A stretch of DNA of 44,505 nt from Octopus sinensis. Its lineage: Eukaryota. The notes under the pieces are model-generated. The model was not told where the DNA came from and did no database searches. It was given only the letters and a program-made list of their open reading frames with translations. Location: contig NW_021834886.1 of assembly GCF_006345805.1 (NCBI RefSeq), positions 1 to 44,505 of the forward strand, written 5' to 3'. This document shows positions 21,817-34,400 of the stretch, piece after piece. The first letter of the stretch is position 1; every line of letters starts with the position of its first letter. A program made the position numbers and the translations under genes.

Positions 21817-21928
21817 CTTAATTTACCGTGAAATGGTCCTTTTTCCTGCCGAATTCTACTTGGTGAAATTACTGATTACTAGTTAATTAATTAATTTTAC
21901 TCGTTGTTATTATTGATTTTATATATAT

Positions 21929-22010
<82 letters not shown>

Positions 22011-22527
22011 ATATATGATTTCGAAACGTACGTCCGTAGATAACTTAAAATTGTATGATAGATTGCCGTCAATTCATTCTCTCTTACCTGTTTGTGGCCT
22101 TCCAATTGCTGTTTTTACTGAGATCTCCCTTTTTAGTAGAAGAAATAGCTATAACCTTTTGACTGCTATTTCTAAATTCGGTATGTGGTAAGGCAATTCT
22201 TGCTAACCCTTTATTGCTTAGTATTACTTAAATTTTCCTCGAATGAGGCTTTTACATGCCGAAGACTACTTGGTGTAATTGATATTATTCCAAATTAATT
22301 AATTTCACCCTTCATTATTACGGATAACCATATTTTATCTCAGTAGATGACCACAGCATTTTGTTTTGGCTACACGCGGGTGGGAAGGGGCTGGTGACAC
22401 AATCTTTTCATTCACGCATTGAATTTGGTGATACTAGTTGCGGATTCTAGCTCGCTCTGATACTGAGTTGAGTTGGTGCCTTCTAGTATCTCAAAATTCA
22501 ATATATAATCATTTATGATTATAGTTT

Positions 22528-22622
22528 CTACGCTGAAGAGAAAAGAAGTTTGGTGAGATAGAATTATTTAATATTTAATTTATGCTTTCCTAAAAACTTG
22601 ATTTCGAAACGTACGTCCGTAG
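22528..22622 (+). ncRNA. Type I hammerhead ribozyme, perfect core, GUC cleavage triplet
   Basis: CTACG(22528)-CTGAAGA-GAAA...TTTC-GAAA(22606)-CGTACG-TC-CGTAG(22622); predicted cleavage after C22617. Confidence 0.9.
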
Positions 22623-23115
22623 ATAACTTAAAATTGTATGATAGATTGCCGTCAATTCATTCTCTCTTACCTGTTGTGTCTGCCTTCCAATTGCTGTTTT
22701 TACTGAGATCTCCCTTTTTAGTAGAAGAATAGCTATAACCTTTTGACTGCTATTTCTAAATTCGGTATGTGGTAAGGCAATTCGTTGCTAAACCCTTTAT
22801 TGCTTAGTATTACTTACATTTTCCTCGAATGAGGCTTTTACATGCCGAAGACTACTTGGTGTAATTGATAATTATTCCAAATTAATTAATTTCACCCTTC
22901 ATTATTACGGATAACCATATTTTATCTCAGTAGATGACCACAGCATTTTGTTTTGGCTACACGCGGGTGGGAAGGGGCTGGTGACACAATCTTTTCATTC
23001 ACGCATTGAATTTGGTGATACTAGTTGCGGATTCTAGCTCGCTCTGATACTGAGTTGAGTTGGTGCCTTCTAGTATCTCAAAATTCAATATATAATCATT
23101 TATGATTATAGTATT

Positions 23116-23213
23116 CTACGCTGAAGAGAAAAGAAGTTTTGGTGAGATAGAATTATTTAATATTTAATTCTTATGCTTTCCTAAAAACTTGATTTCGAAA
23201 CGTACGTCCGTAG
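23116..23213 (+). ncRNA. Type I hammerhead ribozyme, second copy
   Basis: Same core and stems as 22528-22622; predicted cleavage after C23208. Confidence 0.9.
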
Positions 23214-23407
23214 ATAACTTAAAATTGTATGATAGATTGCCGTCAATTCATTCTCTCTTACCTGTTTGTGTCTGCCTTCCATTGCTGTTTTTACTGAGAT
23301 CTCCCTTTTTAGTAGAAGAAATAGCTATAACCTTTTGACTGCTATTTCTAAATTCGGTATGTGGTAAGGCAATTCGTTGCTAAACCCTTTATTTCTTAGT
23401 ATATATA

Positions 23408-23463
<56 letters not shown>

Positions 23464-23894
23464 TTATGCATATATGTATACATATATGTATGTGTGTGTG
23501 TGAGTGGGTGTATATGTATTTAACAGAAAAGATCGGCTTTTCTTTCGAAGGGTACGCTGTTATATATAGCTTTACCTGCTTCAGGATCCAGCAACCCGCA
23601 AATCGAAATATATTATATATATTTACATACACAATACATACATATTTACATATATAATACATACACAAATGCATACATGCATATCTACATTCATCCGTAT
23701 ATACATAAATACATATATAAATGCATACATATATAGATACATAGACACACACACACGTACACACATATATGCATACACACATATACACACATACATATAT
23801 GGGATGACTCAAAATGGCAAAAACACTAAATAAAACAAGATATGATTAAAATTTAGTTCAGATAGTGTCAGGACATCCTACATCTCTTATATGT

Positions 23895-24119
23895 TTTCTT
23901 ATTACCCACAAGGGGCTAAACATAGAGGGGACAAACAAAGACAGACAAACGAATTAAGTCGATTACAACGACCCCAGTGTGTAACTGGTACTTAATTTAT
24001 CGATCCTGAAAGGATGAAAGGCAAGGTCGACCTCGGCGGAATTTGAACTCAGAACGCAGCGGCGGACGAAATACCGCAAAGCATTTCGCCCGGCGTGCTA
24101 ACGATTCTGCCAGCTCGCC
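23895..24119 (-). mobile_element. Full-length SINE family 2
   Basis: Reverse complement starts GGCGAGCTGGCAGAATCGTTAGCACGCCGGGCGAAATGC and ends AGCCCCTTGTGGGTAATAAG. Confidence 0.9.
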
Positions 24120-24385
24120 TACATCTCTTATAGTTTTCACTTCCAGCAATCCATTTCTTCCAGCCTTTTGTTTGGTGAGTGGAGATGGTGGGGTGGAATT
24201 CAATGGGAATTTCGAATGTTGGATTGATGGAGAAGGTGTGACGTTGAATTCTTTACAACAAAAATGATTTATCTTTACGGGTAACCTGTCTCAAGCCTGC
24301 TCTACATATTGGGATGCTATTCCCCGGTTATCTGCGTTCTGCAATATATGTGTTCCATGTTGTTTATACGTGGTCTTTTATCGTT

Positions 24386-24619
24386 TTTACTCCTTTCAAT
24401 CATTAGACTGCGGGTTTGCTGAGACTCCACCCTGAAGAATTTTTTAAAGCGGGTTCCTTTTACCGACCCGCTAAGCTATGGTAACGTAAACATAACACCG
24501 ATTATCAAGCCGTTGTTGGGGACAAAGAGAAACACAGAGACACAAACACAGACACAGACACACACTCACTTACATATATAAAAACACATATATATATGTA
24601 CATACATATATATATGTAC

Positions 24620-24663
<44 letters not shown>

Positions 24664-24868
24664 CTGTATACATACACACATACACACTCTCACACTCATA
24701 TATATATATAGGTCGAGCTTCCTTCAGTTTCTCTCAACCAAATTCACTCATAGCTTTATTCGGTTTGAGGCTATATCTAGGAGACCATTGCCCAAAGTAA
24801 CACGCAGTGGAACTCAATCCGGAACGATATGGCTGGAAAGAAACTTCCTACGGCACAACCACAGCCCT
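24386..24868 (-). mobile_element. SINE family 1, degenerate near full-length copy
   Basis: Reverse complement is colinear with 2418-2805, including the internal TA/CA tract. Confidence 0.75.
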
Positions 24869-24927
24869 CTGCCCTTTCGTCCTTTTTGTTATACGAAGCA
24901 CTGTTAAACGCATAACGGTGCTGCTAC

Positions 24928-24960
<33 letters not shown>

Positions 24961-26853
24961 CCGTAATTTGTGTCATTTGGCTACCTTCAATTTGGTTACT
25001 ATCTATATTGCAGTCGGTGGTAGTATTGCTGCAACAACCATCGGATCTATGGCCTACAACACTTAACAGGCTGGAGTTTGCTACTTTCTTCTACTTTTCC
25101 TTTCTCTTTGTTTCTCTACTTCACCTTATAAGAAAAGCCACCCTCAGGTAGCTTTTACTACACATGTAAAGCAAATGGACTATAATTCTCAGCGTCTATG
25201 ATGGAGCATAACTCTTGAATTCTCCTATGGTCCAGCGGTGGCATATTGACTTTAAACCTCTTTGAATCCGCCAGGTCGGTTTTCCGGTCTGAGTGAAAAT
25301 ATATATAGCCCCTAGGTCGCTATTTAACCAATAGATAACCCGTTTTACATCGCAGTTTAGGCTTCTATTCACGGCTGAACTTCAGAGAGGGTGCTTCAAA
25401 AACTTTTTAGACTTAAATTGCAGATTTTTGAGTATTCTTTTTGCACGCTAAAGTTCAGTTTCGGAAATAGAAGTAACAAAAAAACTAGTACATGAATAAA
25501 AATAAATCATAATCAAATTTTTTGTAAATTCTCATTGGGAGCTCAGGGTGGAGGTCATGTCAAGATGTACTCATAGGTTTCCAACGGTTAATTCAATATC
25601 GGCTTCCAACGATCACCTTCTTTCTCTCGTTAGCTTGACGCGTTTTATCCATTCTTATTGCGTTACAAAGGTGTTTATGTGATAAGAGTCAATGTTAGAT
25701 GTATTAGAATTCTTGTACTACGTTGTCCTATGTACCGAGGCACAAGCTTATGAGTAGGTAGCTTGTATGAAATAGGTGTTTGGCGACAAACATAGTCCGC
25801 AGTACAGAAGGTCGAGCAGACGAACGTTACTGTAAATTTAAGCCTATTTAGTGGACAAAATCTTGATCCAGTTACCTGCTAAAATCTCCCATCCTCTCAA
25901 GGATCAAATTTCTTGATTCCCATACCTAAACAAACTTTTACAGGTAAGAATAGAATGTCTTTTGAAAGACAATTTTGGCACAGTTCTGGTATGGACTTAC
26001 TCAAAATGTCAATGTTATTGATAATTATAGCTTAAAATGCATGCATTTGCGCATTTCTCTCTCGGTAAACGGTGACGATGAGTTTTATAAGAATGTCAGT
26101 CTTTCTCTTGTTGTTGTTATTGTTGTTGTTGTTGTTGTTGCTGCTGCTGTTACCACAACCGAACGATGCCTCAGAAATATGCAAATTGTATTTTCCAGAA
26201 AACAATGATTTCTACTCGTAAAATATGAGTAGACTGTTGAAAAGCAAGTCTGTTCATGTTTAGCTGCTTCACGTCCACAGGAATGTTTTGTATGGGTTGG
26301 GTGGCGTTAAGTATTTATTGTTGTTATTGAGAATCATGTCAAACGGGTTAAGCAAAAGGTTCAGTAAAAGTTCAATAAAAGTTTCCTATTTTTTTTTCTT
26401 TCTTTCAAAATGGAGCGAAAATCAATTAAATAAACTTCAGCTGCTTTGTAAAAAAAGTTACACGATACAAAAAAAAAATATATATATATATTATCAAATT
26501 TCTTATAATGTTCATATGTAATGATCTAAAATGGAATAAAAAAAGAGCAGCAGATTCTTGGAGAGTCTTTTCCACTTTTAATGTGGAGCGACATTAATTG
26601 CCTAGCAAAATGATCTAAGCGTAAATTTAACTAAGATTTTAACAACTTACAAATATCAAAATGACACTTAGACAAAGTGAGAGAGAGAAAGACGAGAGAA
26701 AGAGAGAGAGAGAGACAGAGACAGAGACAGGGTAATAGAAAAAGTGAAAGAGTATGAAGGAGAGAAAGAAAGAGAGAGAAAGAGAGAGAGAGAGGAGGTA
26801 GAAAGTAGTAAACTTGCCCGAGCACGTTGAAAATGTTACTACAACCATTAGAA

Positions 26854-26887
<34 letters not shown>

Positions 26888-26911
26888 TAATAATAATAAT
26901 AATAATAATAA

Positions 26912-26955
<44 letters not shown>

Positions 26956-27190
26956 ATAATAATAGTAATAATAATAATTGTTCTTGTTACTATTGGTACA
27001 CGGACTGAAATTTGTGAGTAGTGGTCTATCACCAATTGTGAAATGGTATTTTGTTGATCCTGATAGGACAAGAGGCAACGCTGGAATTTGAACTTAGAAC
27101 ACGAGCTGACGATTCTGCCAGATCGCCGACTTAGTAGTAGTAGTAACCCTCCTCCTCCTCCTCCTCCTCCTCCTCCTCCTCCTCCTCCTC

Positions 27191-27223
<33 letters not shown>

Positions 27224-27247
27224 ATAATAATAATAATAATGATGATG

Positions 27248-27296
<49 letters not shown>

Positions 27297-27297
27297 T

Positions 27298-27507
27298 GAT
27301 CCTTTCTACTATAGGCAGAAGGCCTGAAATGTAGGGGAGGGGACTGGATGATTACATCGACCCCAGTGTTTCACTGGAACTTAATTTATCGACCGAGAAT
27401 AAATGAAAGGCAAAGTCGAATTCGGCGGAATTTGAACTCAGAACGTAGCGAAAGGCAAAATACCGCTAAACATTTACCTGCGTGCTAACGATTATGCCAG
27501 CTCGCCA
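27298..27507 (-). mobile_element. SINE family 2 copy (second head fragment at 27075-27128)
   Basis: GGCGAGCTGGCATAATCGTTAGCAC...GTTCTGAGTTCAAATTCCGCCG on the minus strand. Confidence 0.85.
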
Positions 27508-27562
<55 letters not shown>

Positions 27563-27700
27563 GTTATTGTTATTGTTATTGTTGCTGTTGTTGTTGTTGT
27601 TGTTGTTGTTGTTATTATTATTATTATCATTATTATTATCATTATCATTATTATTATCATTATTATATTATTATTTTATTATTATTATTATTATTATTAT

Positions 27701-30242
27701 AATTCTATGTTTGACTTTTTTTTTACATTTGTACAAGTTGGCTCCAAGTCTCACCCAGAGACTCAAGAGAAACAAGTTGGAAGTTCATGTTGGTGTTACG
27801 CCTAGCGTGACATATATTTGGTTTTGTACTTAGTATTGTACTAGTGAATGTCTCAAACCCCATACGAAAACTATGTTTGTTTTAAAACTTGAGATTACAT
27901 AGAAAGTATTTTACGCAGGATATGAGCAGTTCCCATGAGCACTATCTTTTGAATTTCTGCCATTTCTGGATTTCCTGGTATTCGAGTTAGGTAGCAATCA
28001 GCCCCTTTTCATATCATTCCTAGGGCACCTATGAAACGGGTATTGTTTTAGTCTTCAGGTTTCAAATTTTGCTGACTTCTATTTCAAGATCTTTATATTT
28101 CCTCAGTTTCTGGTAGGTCTTAACAGATATATCGATTGGGACAGTCATATCAACGAGGTGGCATGTTTTTTGTCTGAAGTCTTTCAATATGATGTCTGGC
28201 CTATTTGCATGTATCTTTCTGTCAGTTTGAATGGAGAAGTTCCAGAGGAGTGAGATGTGGTCATTTTCAAGCACTGGAGGTGGATTGTGTTCCCACCAGT
28301 TTTTATCATGGGGCAAGTCCAGGTTTTTGCAAATTATCCAGTGAATATATTGTGCAGTTCTATCATGTCTGTTGAGGTACTCTGTAGGCGCTAGAAGACT
28401 GCATTTGGAGACAACATGATCAATGGTTTCATTTTGTTGTCGGCATACACGACATGTTGGGCTACTGCCGTTCTTTAATATGTTGGCCTGGTAGGTTCTT
28501 GTTGGTAGGCATTGATCTTGAGCTGCTATGATAAACCCTTCTGTTTCAGATTTTAAGCCAGAGGCCATTAGCCATTGATGGGTCAGAGCTTTGTCAACAT
28601 CTGCATTATTTGCTCTCTTTGGGTATTTGCCATAGAGAGCTTTTTCTTGCCATTTATCATTCAGAATATCTAAGGCCGCAGATTTAGCACGGGTTTTCAT
28701 GCGCTTAGCTTTTTCTGTGCCTGTTTCTTGTATGTCTATCTCTAATTCCGAAATTTGTTGTATTCGGAATTCACTTAGATATTTCTTTGCCTGTTTTGTT
28801 ACTGAGTATGATGCTTTCTTGTTTTCGTGTTTTGAGACAAGTTTTAAAATCCAGTCCTCAGAGTTTTTCAGGTAGGTGTCTAGGCCAATTGTAGCAATCT
28901 TCATTATTATTGCCTCTTTTCTTGGCAGATAAAGTCGTTCTGTATCTGCCTTAGGGTGGTGCATTCTATGCATTCTCAACAGTTTTTGTATTTTTCTGTC
29001 AAGATTATATATTTCAGCAATCGACCAGTTAACGATATTGAAACTGTAAGTCACGACTGGTATGGCTAATGCATTGATCGCTTCGATCCTGTTTCTCGCA
29101 TTCAGCTCTGTCTTGAGTATTGCTCTTACTCTGCGATAACATTCTCTCCTGATCCTTTCCTTCATCTCTGAATGCCTTATTCCGTCCTCTTCAATTACCC
29201 CTAGGTACTTGTAGCTCTCCACTGGGTCTAATTCTTTTATGACATTCTGCTGGTCAAGGTTAACGTTAGATGTTTCTGTCATTTTTCCTTTGATAAAGGT
29301 AGCTTTTGCACATTTATCGAGGCCAAATTGCATTCTGATGTCATCATTGAATTGTTTAACAATCGCTAGTAAGCCCTTAAGTTGTTGGTCATTTTTGAAA
29401 AGAGCTTTAAATTATTCATGTAAATGAGATGATTTATATTTTCATCAAACATTTTATATCCGTACTATGCGTCATTGAGCAATTTTGAGAGAGGTATTAC
29501 GGCTAAACAAAAGAGGAATGGTGATAGTGTGTCACTCTGGAAAATGCCACATGGAATTCTTACATCTCCAGCATTAAGAGATTCATTAAGAGATTCATTG
29601 TCATACTTACAGACAAAAAGTTTCGCAGAGTAGGCGCTATTTTATACATTTCATACATTTCTTAATCCAGCTATGTGGTAGGCTATCAAAAGCATTTTTA
29701 TAGTGTATCCAGGCTATTGACAAGTTTTTGTGTCGTTTGTGACAATCTTCTAAGTTCATCTTATTGATGAATAGCTGATCTTTACAACCATAGGACCCAC
29801 GTTTACATCCCTTTTGCTCATTAGGGAATATGCTGCTTTCTAATAAAAAACTATAGGTATATTCAGTCAGGACAGATGCAAGCGTTTAATACATTGTTGT
29901 TAAGCAGGTTCTGGGTCGATAATTTTTTGGTTCATTTGTTACTTCACTTTTTGGAAGAAGGAATGTTAAACCATTAACTAACCAAGGAGGCATCCTACTA
30001 GGGTGTTGCAATACATCGTTGTAAAGTTCTGCTAGCAGTTCATGGCTCTCTGGAAAGGCACTCAACCAGAAGCTAGGAGTTTTTTTCCTTTCCTGGAGAC
30101 TTCCATTTGCTTGACCTCCTGAGAGCAGATCTTATATCTTCTATCTTGACACCCCCCCCACCTTTGCTTCTCTAAGCAGTTCAAGTCTGTTGATATTCTA
30201 TTATTCCAAGGAGCCTTTTCGTTGTGTGTTTTTCTTCTGATC
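27701..30242 (-). mobile_element. R4/Dong-like RLE retrotransposon, 5'-truncated, 2.5 kb
   Basis: ORF 28062-29333 (423 aa): MQFGLDKCAKA, YKYLG, CRVC..ETIDHVVSKC, RHDR, ANRPDIIL.D...LVDMTVP...KYKDLEIE; RT motifs upstream with frameshifts; the 3' UTR runs into (TAA)n. Confidence 0.92.
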
Positions 30243-30280
30243 ATTATATTATTATTATTATTATTATTATTATCATTGTC

Positions 30281-31303
30281 ATTTACTTTTAATCTGCATG
30301 TTTGATGCAATCACCTGCCGGGGCACACCCAGCGCCCTAGGGCAAGTGAAGGTTAAGAGTTGTTGAAATATAGCTGAAAGCTTGGGAGGGAAGTAGAGAT
30401 ATATCTCCATGTAATGCAAACACAGACATTTACATTGATGGGTTTTTCTAAGGATGTGGGCAGTACTTGTTAGCACAATCTTTTGGATTTCCTTGAGACA
30501 TGGTTTTCCAGGGATATTGTCTAGGTGTTTCTGACATCCCTTTTTTATCATACCTAGGGCACCTACAATAACAGGAACAGTTTTTGTTTTAAGATTCCAC
30601 ATCCTCTGTATTTCGATTTCCAGGTCCTTTTATTTACTAAGTTTGTCAAATTCCTTGACAGATACATTTTTATCAGTGGGGACGCTTACTTCTATTAGTC
30701 TGCAGGTATTTTCTTCCCTGTTTTTAACAATTATGTCTGGTCGATTAGCCTTGATCGTTCTGTCAGTGTTGACTGGAAAATCCCAGAGGATGGTGACATC
30801 TTTACCTTCAACAACTGGCTGAGGATGGTGTTCATACCAGTTAGCAGGAGTGTCGGATTTGTAGTGCTTACATATCTTCCAATGTATATACTGTCCTACC
30901 CTATCGTGGCGATTTTTGTATTCGTTTGGTGTCAGCACAGGACATCCCGAAACGAGATGGTCTATCGTTTCGTCAAATGTGTCGCAGAATCTGCATTTAG
31001 GGTCAGTACCGTTTCGGAGAACGTTAGCCTGGTAATTTCTGGTAAACAAGCTTTGATCTTGTGCTGCCATTATGAAACCTTCAGTCTCTGCTTTCAATCC
31101 AGAGCTCTTCAGCCACTGATGGGTTGTTGCTTGGTCTACATCAGCAATTTGGCTCGGAGAATATATTGTCCATGCAGGGGCTTCTGGCTCCACCGCCTCT
31201 CAATTTGATTCTGCCCGTTCTTTTTTGCAGTCTGCTTGATTCGCTTTGCTTGCTTGGTAGCAGTGGTTTCCGGCTCTTCATCTGATTCAAGGTTAATGTC
31301 TAG
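30281..31303 (-). mobile_element. R4/Dong-like RLE retrotransposon, 5'-truncated, 1 kb
   Basis: CRFCDTFDETIDHLVSGC, RHDRVGQ, ANRPDIIVK..LIEVSVP, MWNLKTKTVPVIVGALG; distinct 3' UTR ending in TAA repeats. Confidence 0.92.
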
Positions 31304-31348
31304 TTATTATTATTATTATTATTATTATTATTCTTATTCTTATTATTA

Positions 31349-31425
<77 letters not shown>

Positions 31426-31466
31426 TATTATTATTATTATTATCATTATTATTATTATTATTATTA

Positions 31467-34400
31467 CTTTTTTTTTCTTCTTTCAAATTTGCTTCCATTT
31501 CTTGCCGAGTGTCTTCCCGACTCCTAGGGCAAAGAAACTCATAGTATACAATGGTAGGCCATTAAACCAAACTCAGTAGTTCGTTCATTTTTTTAAATTT
31601 TTTTTTTTAAAGTTAAATTAAAATACATGAGCAGCAACAGTTCTCACATCGACAATGCTCTTCTCAATACGTGTGATGTACCAGTTAAGACAATCTTTTG
31701 CACTTCTTGCAGGGATGGTAAGCCAGGAATCATTCTCATATAATTTTCGGTTCCCTTCTTGATCATTCCTAGTGCCCCTACGATCACTGGTATTGTAACC
31801 GCCTTGAGATTCCACATTTCAATGAGTAGGTCTTTATATTTTCTGAGCTTGTCAAACTCTTTCGCTGAGATATTATGATCACAGGGGATGCTCATGTCGA
31901 TCAATAAGCAAACTTTTTTGTTTTGGTCTTTCACAACAATATCTGGTTTATTGGCCTTGATGGTTCGGTCTGTATGTACTGGAAAGTCCCCAGAATGGTT
32001 ACATTTTCTCCTTCAGTTACAGCCTCAGGGTGGTGATTATACCACTTGTCGGCAGTTTTGATATTGTAATGCCGACTTATTAGCCAGTGGAGATATTGGC
32101 CAACTCTGTCATGTCTTAATTTATACTCCACTGGTGCTAAGACTTTACATCCAGAGATTAGGTGGTCCACTGTTTCAATCATGTCGTTGCAGAATCGGCA
32201 TTTTGGGTCTGCTCCATTTTTCATCACATTGGCTTGGTAGTTCCGGGTTAATAGGCTTTGATCTTGAGCAGCCAGGATGAAACCTTCGCTCTCTGCTTTT
32301 AGCCCTGAGCTCCGTAGCCACTGATGGGTTTGCTTCTGGTCAACATCAGCTTGTTCCTGCGGGTCACATATTTGCCGTGCAGAGGTTTCTCCTCCCACCT
32401 ATCAGCCAATTGCTCGTGCGCTTTTTTCATTGCCATCATTTTCACATCTTTGCAACAATAGTTGCCGTACTTCCTCGGGTTGTTCAGTTTGGGTATCCTG
32501 CACGAGATCAATAGCATATTTTTTGCTTTCCTTGATGATAGAATGAAGCTTTTTCGTCTCTCGTGATTTTCCACGAGCTTTAGCATCTAGTCATTCGATA
32601 TTTCGAGATATTTGGCCAGTCCAATTGTGGTTGTTTGTAAGCTAGTTCAAATTGGATCAGGCCTCGACCTCCTTGGGCTCTGGGAAGGTAAAGGCGATCT
32701 ACGTCTGCCTTTGGGTGGTGCATCCTATTACAACTCAGCAGCTTGCGTTTTTTCTATCTATATTCTTTACTTCACTCATATTCCAGTTCAACACATTGTA
32801 GCTATAAGTAACAACTGGAACTGCTAAGAATTTATAGCTAACACCTTGTTACGTGCATTTAGTTCGGATTTCAGGACTGCACGAACTCTCCTATAACATT
32901 CCTTCCTGATTTTCTCTTTCATGCTTGCATGCTGAATACCAGAGCCTTCATTTATCCCTAAATATTTGTATGTTTGTTCTTGCTCAAGCTCTCTTATGAC
33001 TGTGTCAACATCTAACACGACTGAATTTGTGGTCTTCACTTTCCCTTTCTGGAAAGTGGCCTTGGCACACTTCTCAAGTCCAAACTCCATCTCGATGTCA
33101 TCGCTGAATGCTTTCACGGTGCGCAATAGGCCTTCAAGTTCATTATTGTCTTTACCATAAAGTTTTAAGTCATCCATAAAATAGATGGCTTATTTTTTTA
33201 TTGGCAATTTTATACCCATACCCTGTTCTGTTAATTCACTTGTAAGGGGTATTAGGGCTATGCAGAATATTAAAGGTGAAAGTGAGTCACCTTGAAAAAT
33301 TCCACAGTTGATGTTTATATTTTCTGAGGCAAGTACTCCATTAGAGTGGTATAATTGGAGATTCGTATTCCACAACGACATATTGTGCTTCAGGAAGTTT
33401 GAAATCACAGGGGAAATTTTGAAGATGTCCAGCGATCTCAAGATCCATGGATGCGGTATACTGTCGAAGGCCTTTTTATAGTCAATCCATGCGGTGCTGA
33501 GATTTCTGCGCTTGTTGTGACAGTTCTCAAGGATCATACGATTGATTAGCAGTTGATCTTTGCATCCGTAAGAGCCTCAGCGGCACCCTTTTTGTTCAAT
33601 GGGGAAAATATCGTTCTTCTCCATAAATGCATATGTTTTCTCCGCCAGGATAGATGTTAGGATTTTATACGTGGTGGATAGACAGGTTATAGGCCGATAG
33701 TTTTTTGGAAGGTTGGTTTCGTTATTCTTTGGGAGTAAGTAAGTAATGCCACTTGCTAACCATTCAGGTGTTTTCTTTGGGTCTCTCATAATTCCATTGA
33801 GCAGCTGAACTAGCTTACCGTGTGTGCATGGGAGCGATGCGAGCCAGAAATTCGGCACCCTATCTTTAACGGGGGATTTCCAATTATGGGCCTTCGTGAG
33901 TGCCTTTCTTAGGTGCTATTGTGATGTCTTCCCATGCTTGTTGTTGTAAATTTTGGTAGGATCCTTCAGTTTGTATAATCCAGTCTGCATTTATGTTGTA
34001 CGTCTTCTTGTCACTCTAAATACTTTTCCAAAAGTTTGAACTTCTTCCATGGGAGGGGGGTCTTTAACGGTTACTTTCTCCTTCCCTATTTCTCTGTAGA
34101 ATTTTTTGGCATTGGATGTGAACAGCTTATTTTGCTTGTAAAACTTGTTTCTCTTCTCAAATCTTCGTATTCTTTGGGCTTTTGCTTGGACTTTTTGTTT
34201 CAGCGTTTCTTTTATTGATATCAGTTCTTCTCTTGGTGAGGATCCAAATTTTCTCTCATCTTTCTTCCTGTTCTGGATCTTACATCATTTCCACATATTA
34301 GTTCATTTAATATTGATATTTCCCCTCTCATAAATTCAATCTCTTTTTCAGTTTTACTTCTCCAGGTTTGATTTCTTCCCAGGTTTTGTTTTCTTTGTTC

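Larger units (their letters stand above)
22017..23400 (+). mobile_element. Tandem array (~2.35 units of 583/591 bp) of a hammerhead-containing repeat: retrozyme or Penelope pLTR-like
   Basis: GATTTCGAAACGTACGTCCGTAG recurs at 22017, 22600 and 23191; units differ mainly by small indels; (TA)n on both flanks; no coding capacity recognised. Confidence 0.9.

Noticed and set aside
22017-23400. CRISPR-like or simple satellite interpretation of the tandem repeat; also the 4157-4905 array
   Set aside because: Units are long and contiguous with no unique spacers, there are no cas genes, and the context is eukaryotic.
25840-25950. Strong donor-like CAG/GTAAGA at ~25943
   Set aside because: All three upstream frames contain stops within ~100 bp, so a coding exon is unsupported; a non-coding exon cannot be judged.
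30825-31208. Antisense ORFs over LINE coding regions (also 40724-41545, 35713-35979 and 29239-29427)
   Set aside because: Shadow frames of the retrotransposon ORFs on the opposite strand.
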